Assembly (NCBI GenBank): GCA_031289095.1
Contig: JAITQD010000116.1
Span: forward strand, 7,359 to 71,358
Origin: Azoarcus sp.
Lineage (GTDB): Bacteria > Pseudomonadota > Gammaproteobacteria > Burkholderiales > Rhodocyclaceae
Length of the DNA: 64,000 nt
Reading direction: 5' to 3'
Shown here: in pieces, positions 61,240 through 64,000 of the stretch
Layout of the letters: every line of letters starts with the position of its first letter
Numbering within the stretch: position 1 is the first letter of the stretch
Notes under the pieces: generated by a model
The model's input: only the letters and a program-made list of their open reading frames with translations
Databases searched by the model: none
Told to the model about the DNA's origin: nothing
Translations under genes and position numbers: made by a program

Positions 61240-61878
61240 ATGACCACGGTGGCCATCATCGACTACGGCATGGGCAACCTGCGCTCGGTGGCGAAAGCGA
61301 TGGAGCACGTCGCGCCGGAACACCGGGTGGAAATTACCGCTGACCCGGCGCGGGTGCTCGCCGCCGACCGGGTGGTGTTCCCCGGTCAGGGCGCGATGCC
61401 CGACTGCATGCGTGAACTTGATCTGCGCGGCCTGCGCCCAGCGGTGCTCGACGCTGCCGCCACCAAGCCTTTTCTGGGAATCTGCATCGGCCTGCAAATG
61501 CTGTTCGAGCACAGTGACGAAGGCGACGTGCCGGGCCTGGGCGTATTCGCGGGCAAGGTCACGCGCTTCCGCGACGAAGACATGTGCGCCACCGACGGCG
61601 CGCGCCTAAAAGTGCCGCACATGGGCTGGAACGAAGTGTGGCAACGGCGTCCGCATCCGCTCTGGGAAGGCATCCCGGATGGCGAACGCTTCTATTTCGT
61701 CCATAGTTATTACGTACTTTCGGCGGACGCGCAAGCGGTCGCCGCCGAAACCGTGCATGGCATACGCTTTACCAGTGCGGTGGAGCGGGCTAATATCTTC
61801 TCAGTCCAGTTCCATCCCGAAAAAAGCGCCCAGGCCGGTCTGCGCCTGCTGTCCAATTTCACGCGGTGGGAACCCTGA
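61240..61878 (+). CDS. hisH: Imidazole glycerol phosphate synthase, amidotransferase subunit
   Basis: [18 protein letters not shown] and FHPEKS motifs. Confidence 0.95.
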   Translation: MTTVAIIDYGMGNLRSVAKAMEHVAPEHRVEITADPARVLAADRVVFPGQGAMPDCMRELDLRGLRPAVLDAAATKPFLGICIGLQMLFEHSDEGDVPGLGVFAGKVTRFRDEDMCATDGARLKVPHMGWNEVWQRRPHPLWEGIPDGERFYFVHSYYVLSADAQAVAAETVHGIRFTSAVERANIFSVQFHPEKSAQAGLRLLSNFTRWEP

Positions 61879-61927
61879 GTCGCGGGTTCCTTCATCTTCC
61901 CTCCCGACCACGAATCCCTGTCCCGGT

Positions 61928-62677
61928 ATGTTGCTCATTCCTGCCATTGATCTCAAGGACGGTCATTGCGTTCGCCTTCGCCAAGGCGAAATGGCCGATG
62001 CCACGGTATTTTCGGAAGTGCCCGCAGACATGGCGCGGCACTGGCTTGACCAGGGCGCCCGACGCCTGCATCTGGTCGATCTCAACGGCGCCTTCGCGGG
62101 CAAGCCCGTCAACGGCAAGGCGATCCGCGCCATCGTCGATGAAGTCGGCGACGACATTCCGGTGCAGCTCGGCGGCGGTATCCGCGACCTCGACACCATC
62201 GAACGTTATCTCGACGAAGGCATCACCTACGTCATCATCGGCACCGCCGCAGTGAAGAACCCCGGCCTGCTGCACGATGCCTGCGTCGCTTTTCCCGGCC
62301 ACATCATCGTCGGACTCGACGCGCGCGACGGCAAGGTGGCCGTCGATGGCTGGTCGAAAGTCACCCGGCACGACGTCGTGGATCTGGCGAAAAAGTTTGA
62401 GGATTACGGGGTCGAAGCGGTGATCTACACCGACATCGGGCGCGACGGCATGCTGTCCGGCGTCAACATCGACGCCACGGTGCGATTGGCGCAGGCCTTG
62501 CGCATCCCGGTCATCGCCAGCGGCGGCGTGGCGAGCCTCACCGACATCGAAGCGTTGTGCGCCATCGAAGACGAAGGCGTGAGCGCCGCCATCACCGGAC
62601 GCGCCATCTACGAAGGCACGCTCAATTTCGCCGCCGGGCAGGCACGCGCCGACGAACTCGCCGCGCGGGCGCGTTGA
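61928..62677 (+). CDS. hisA: ProFAR isomerase
   Basis: [17 protein letters not shown] start. Confidence 0.95.
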   Translation: MLLIPAIDLKDGHCVRLRQGEMADATVFSEVPADMARHWLDQGARRLHLVDLNGAFAGKPVNGKAIRAIVDEVGDDIPVQLGGGIRDLDTIERYLDEGITYVIIGTAAVKNPGLLHDACVAFPGHIIVGLDARDGKVAVDGWSKVTRHDVVDLAKKFEDYGVEAVIYTDIGRDGMLSGVNIDATVRLAQALRIPVIASGGVASLTDIEALCAIEDEGVSAAITGRAIYEGTLNFAAGQARADELAARAR

Positions 62678-63435
62678 TGCTGGCCAAGCGCATCATTCCC
62701 TGCCTCGACGTCAATGCCGGGCGCGTGGTCAAGGGCACGAATTTCGTCGACCTGCGCGATGCCGGCGATCCGGTGGAGGTGGCGCGCCGCTATGACGAAC
62801 AGGGTGCGGACGAGGTGACTTTTCTCGACATCACCGCCAGTTCCGACGCGCGCGACATCATCCTCCATGTCGTCGAACAGGTCGCCGCGCAGGTTTTCAT
62901 CCCGCTCACCGTGGGCGGCGGCGTGCGCACGGTCGAAGACGTGCGGCGGCTGCTCAACGCCGGGGCCGACAAGGTCAGTGTCAACACCGCCGCGGTGAAT
63001 AACCCGCAAGTCGTGCGCGAAGCCAGCGCCAAGGTGGGGAGCCAGTGCATCGTGGTGGCGATCGACGCCAAACGCAGCGCTCCCGGCCAATGGGAAGTCT
63101 TCACCCACGGCGGTCGCAAGGGCACGGGACTGAACGCCGTCGCCTGGGCGCGCCAGGTCGAAGCGTTGGGTGCGGGAGAAATTCTGTTGACCAGCATGGA
63201 TCGGGACGGCACCCGCGCCGGGTTCGATCTCGAACTCACCCGCGCCGTAGCCGACGCGGTGCGCATTCCGGTGATCGCCAGCGGCGGCGTGGGCACGCTC
63301 GAACACCTGGTCGACGGCGTGAGCGTGGGCGGCGCCGATGCGGTGCTGGCGGCGAGCATTTTCCATTTCGGCGAGCACACGGTGCGCGAAGCCAAGGAAC
63401 TGATGCGCGCGCGCGGCATCGAGGTGCGCCTGTGA
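62677..63435 (+). CDS. hisF: Imidazole glycerol phosphate synthase, cyclase subunit
   Basis: RIIPCLDV and FLDITAS motifs. Confidence 0.95.
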   Translation: MLAKRIIPCLDVNAGRVVKGTNFVDLRDAGDPVEVARRYDEQGADEVTFLDITASSDARDIILHVVEQVAAQVFIPLTVGGGVRTVEDVRRLLNAGADKVSVNTAAVNNPQVVREASAKVGSQCIVVAIDAKRSAPGQWEVFTHGGRKGTGLNAVAWARQVEALGAGEILLTSMDRDGTRAGFDLELTRAVADAVRIPVIASGGVGTLEHLVDGVSVGGADAVLAASIFHFGEHTVREAKELMRARGIEVRL

Positions 63436-63848
63436 ATGAATCCGGATCGGAAAACTGGCTCGACGCCATCCGCTGGGATGCCACCGGCCTCGTGCCGGTG
63501 ATCGCGCAGGAAGTCAAAAGCGGCAAAGTGCTGATGTTCGCGTGGATGAACCGCGAGGCGCTGGCGCGCACCGTGGCGACGGGCGAGGCCGTATACTGGT
63601 CGCGTTCGCGGGGACGCCTGTGGCACAAAGGCGAGGAATCGGGCCACGTGCAAAAAGTGCTCGACATCCGCACCGACTGCGACAGCGACGCATTGCTGAT
63701 CGCCATCGAACAGGTCGGCGGCATCGCCTGCCACACCGGGCGGCACGGCTGCTTTTTCCAGCGTTACGCCGACGGACACTGGGAAAGTGTCGAGCCGGTA
63801 TTGAAGCACCCCAGGGACATCTACAAAGGACGCGCCGGAAAAACATGA
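63432..63848 (+). CDS. hisI: Phosphoribosyl-AMP cyclohydrolase
   Basis: LVPVIAQE and SGHVQKV...DCDSDALL motifs. The GTG start overlaps the hisF stop. Confidence 0.9.
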   Translation: MNESGSENWLDAIRWDATGLVPVIAQEVKSGKVLMFAWMNREALARTVATGEAVYWSRSRGRLWHKGEESGHVQKVLDIRTDCDSDALLIAIEQVGGIACHTGRHGCFFQRYADGHWESVEPVLKHPRDIYKGRAGKT

Positions 63849-64000
63849 ACTCTCCCCCTCCCGCCAGCGACGTCCTCGACCGGCTTTCCGCCACACTCGC
63901 GGCGCGTCGGCACGCTGACCCGTCCACCTCCTACACGGCGAAGCTCTTCGCCAGAGGGCCGGACGCCATTCTGAAAAAAATCGGCGAGGAAACCGCTGAA
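63845..64000 (+). CDS. hisE: Phosphoribosyl-ATP pyrophosphatase (3' end outside window)
   Basis: Reads [53 protein letters not shown] overlap with hisI. Confidence 0.8.
   Translation, partial: MNSPPPASDVLDRLSATLAARRHADPSTSYTAKLFARGPDAILKKIGEETAE

Noticed and set aside
1-64000. CRISPR arrays, IS elements/transposases, rRNA, additional tRNAs, reverse transcriptases
   Set aside because: None seen on visual scanning of intergenic regions and ORF translations. A computational scan (tRNAscan-SE, Infernal, ISfinder) would be needed to exclude small or degenerate elements.

Overview
High-G+C, betaproteobacterium-like chromosomal segment (taxonomy inferred from gene content and order only). It is densely packed with housekeeping genes. 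In order: phaC (3' part), an orphan PIN gene, O2-independent ubiquinone genes ubiU and a ubiV-ubiT fusion, a solute symporter, ubiB, rdgC, earP-efp, an RND efflux operon with divergent tetR, ubiA, pyrF, trpE/trpG/trpD, tRNA-Gly(CCC), recC, yfiRNB, rep, mrcA, pilMNOPQ-aroK-aroB, dgt, tyrA-hisC2, leuA, lptM-lysA, dacB, and hisC plus hisBHAFIE. The clearest accessory feature is a ~2.7 kb integrative mini-island at 24081-26810 carrying a tyrosine integrase, hicA, hicB and an alpA-type excisionase. It is bounded by a perfect 20-bp direct repeat that is the first 20 nt of trpG, so it sits inside the trpE-trpG junction and rebuilds the trpG start with its own SD. A second disturbed spot lies right after trpD: trpC is absent there, and low-G+C scraps of a TPR gene and a PIN/VapC-like gene abut the 3' end of tRNA-Gly. 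Next come a DUF2726 gene and a recC with no recB/recD. Other points of interest are the UbiV-UbiT fusion, a weak Trp-rich leader candidate upstream of trpE, two small genes missing from the ORF track (hicA, lptM), and several operon-synteny breaks (hisC inverted relative to hisB; hisC2-tyrA without pheA/aroA). I found no CRISPR array, rRNA, transposase or IS element. All calls rest on reading the translations and sequence by eye; start codons are approximate where stated, and no database search was run.
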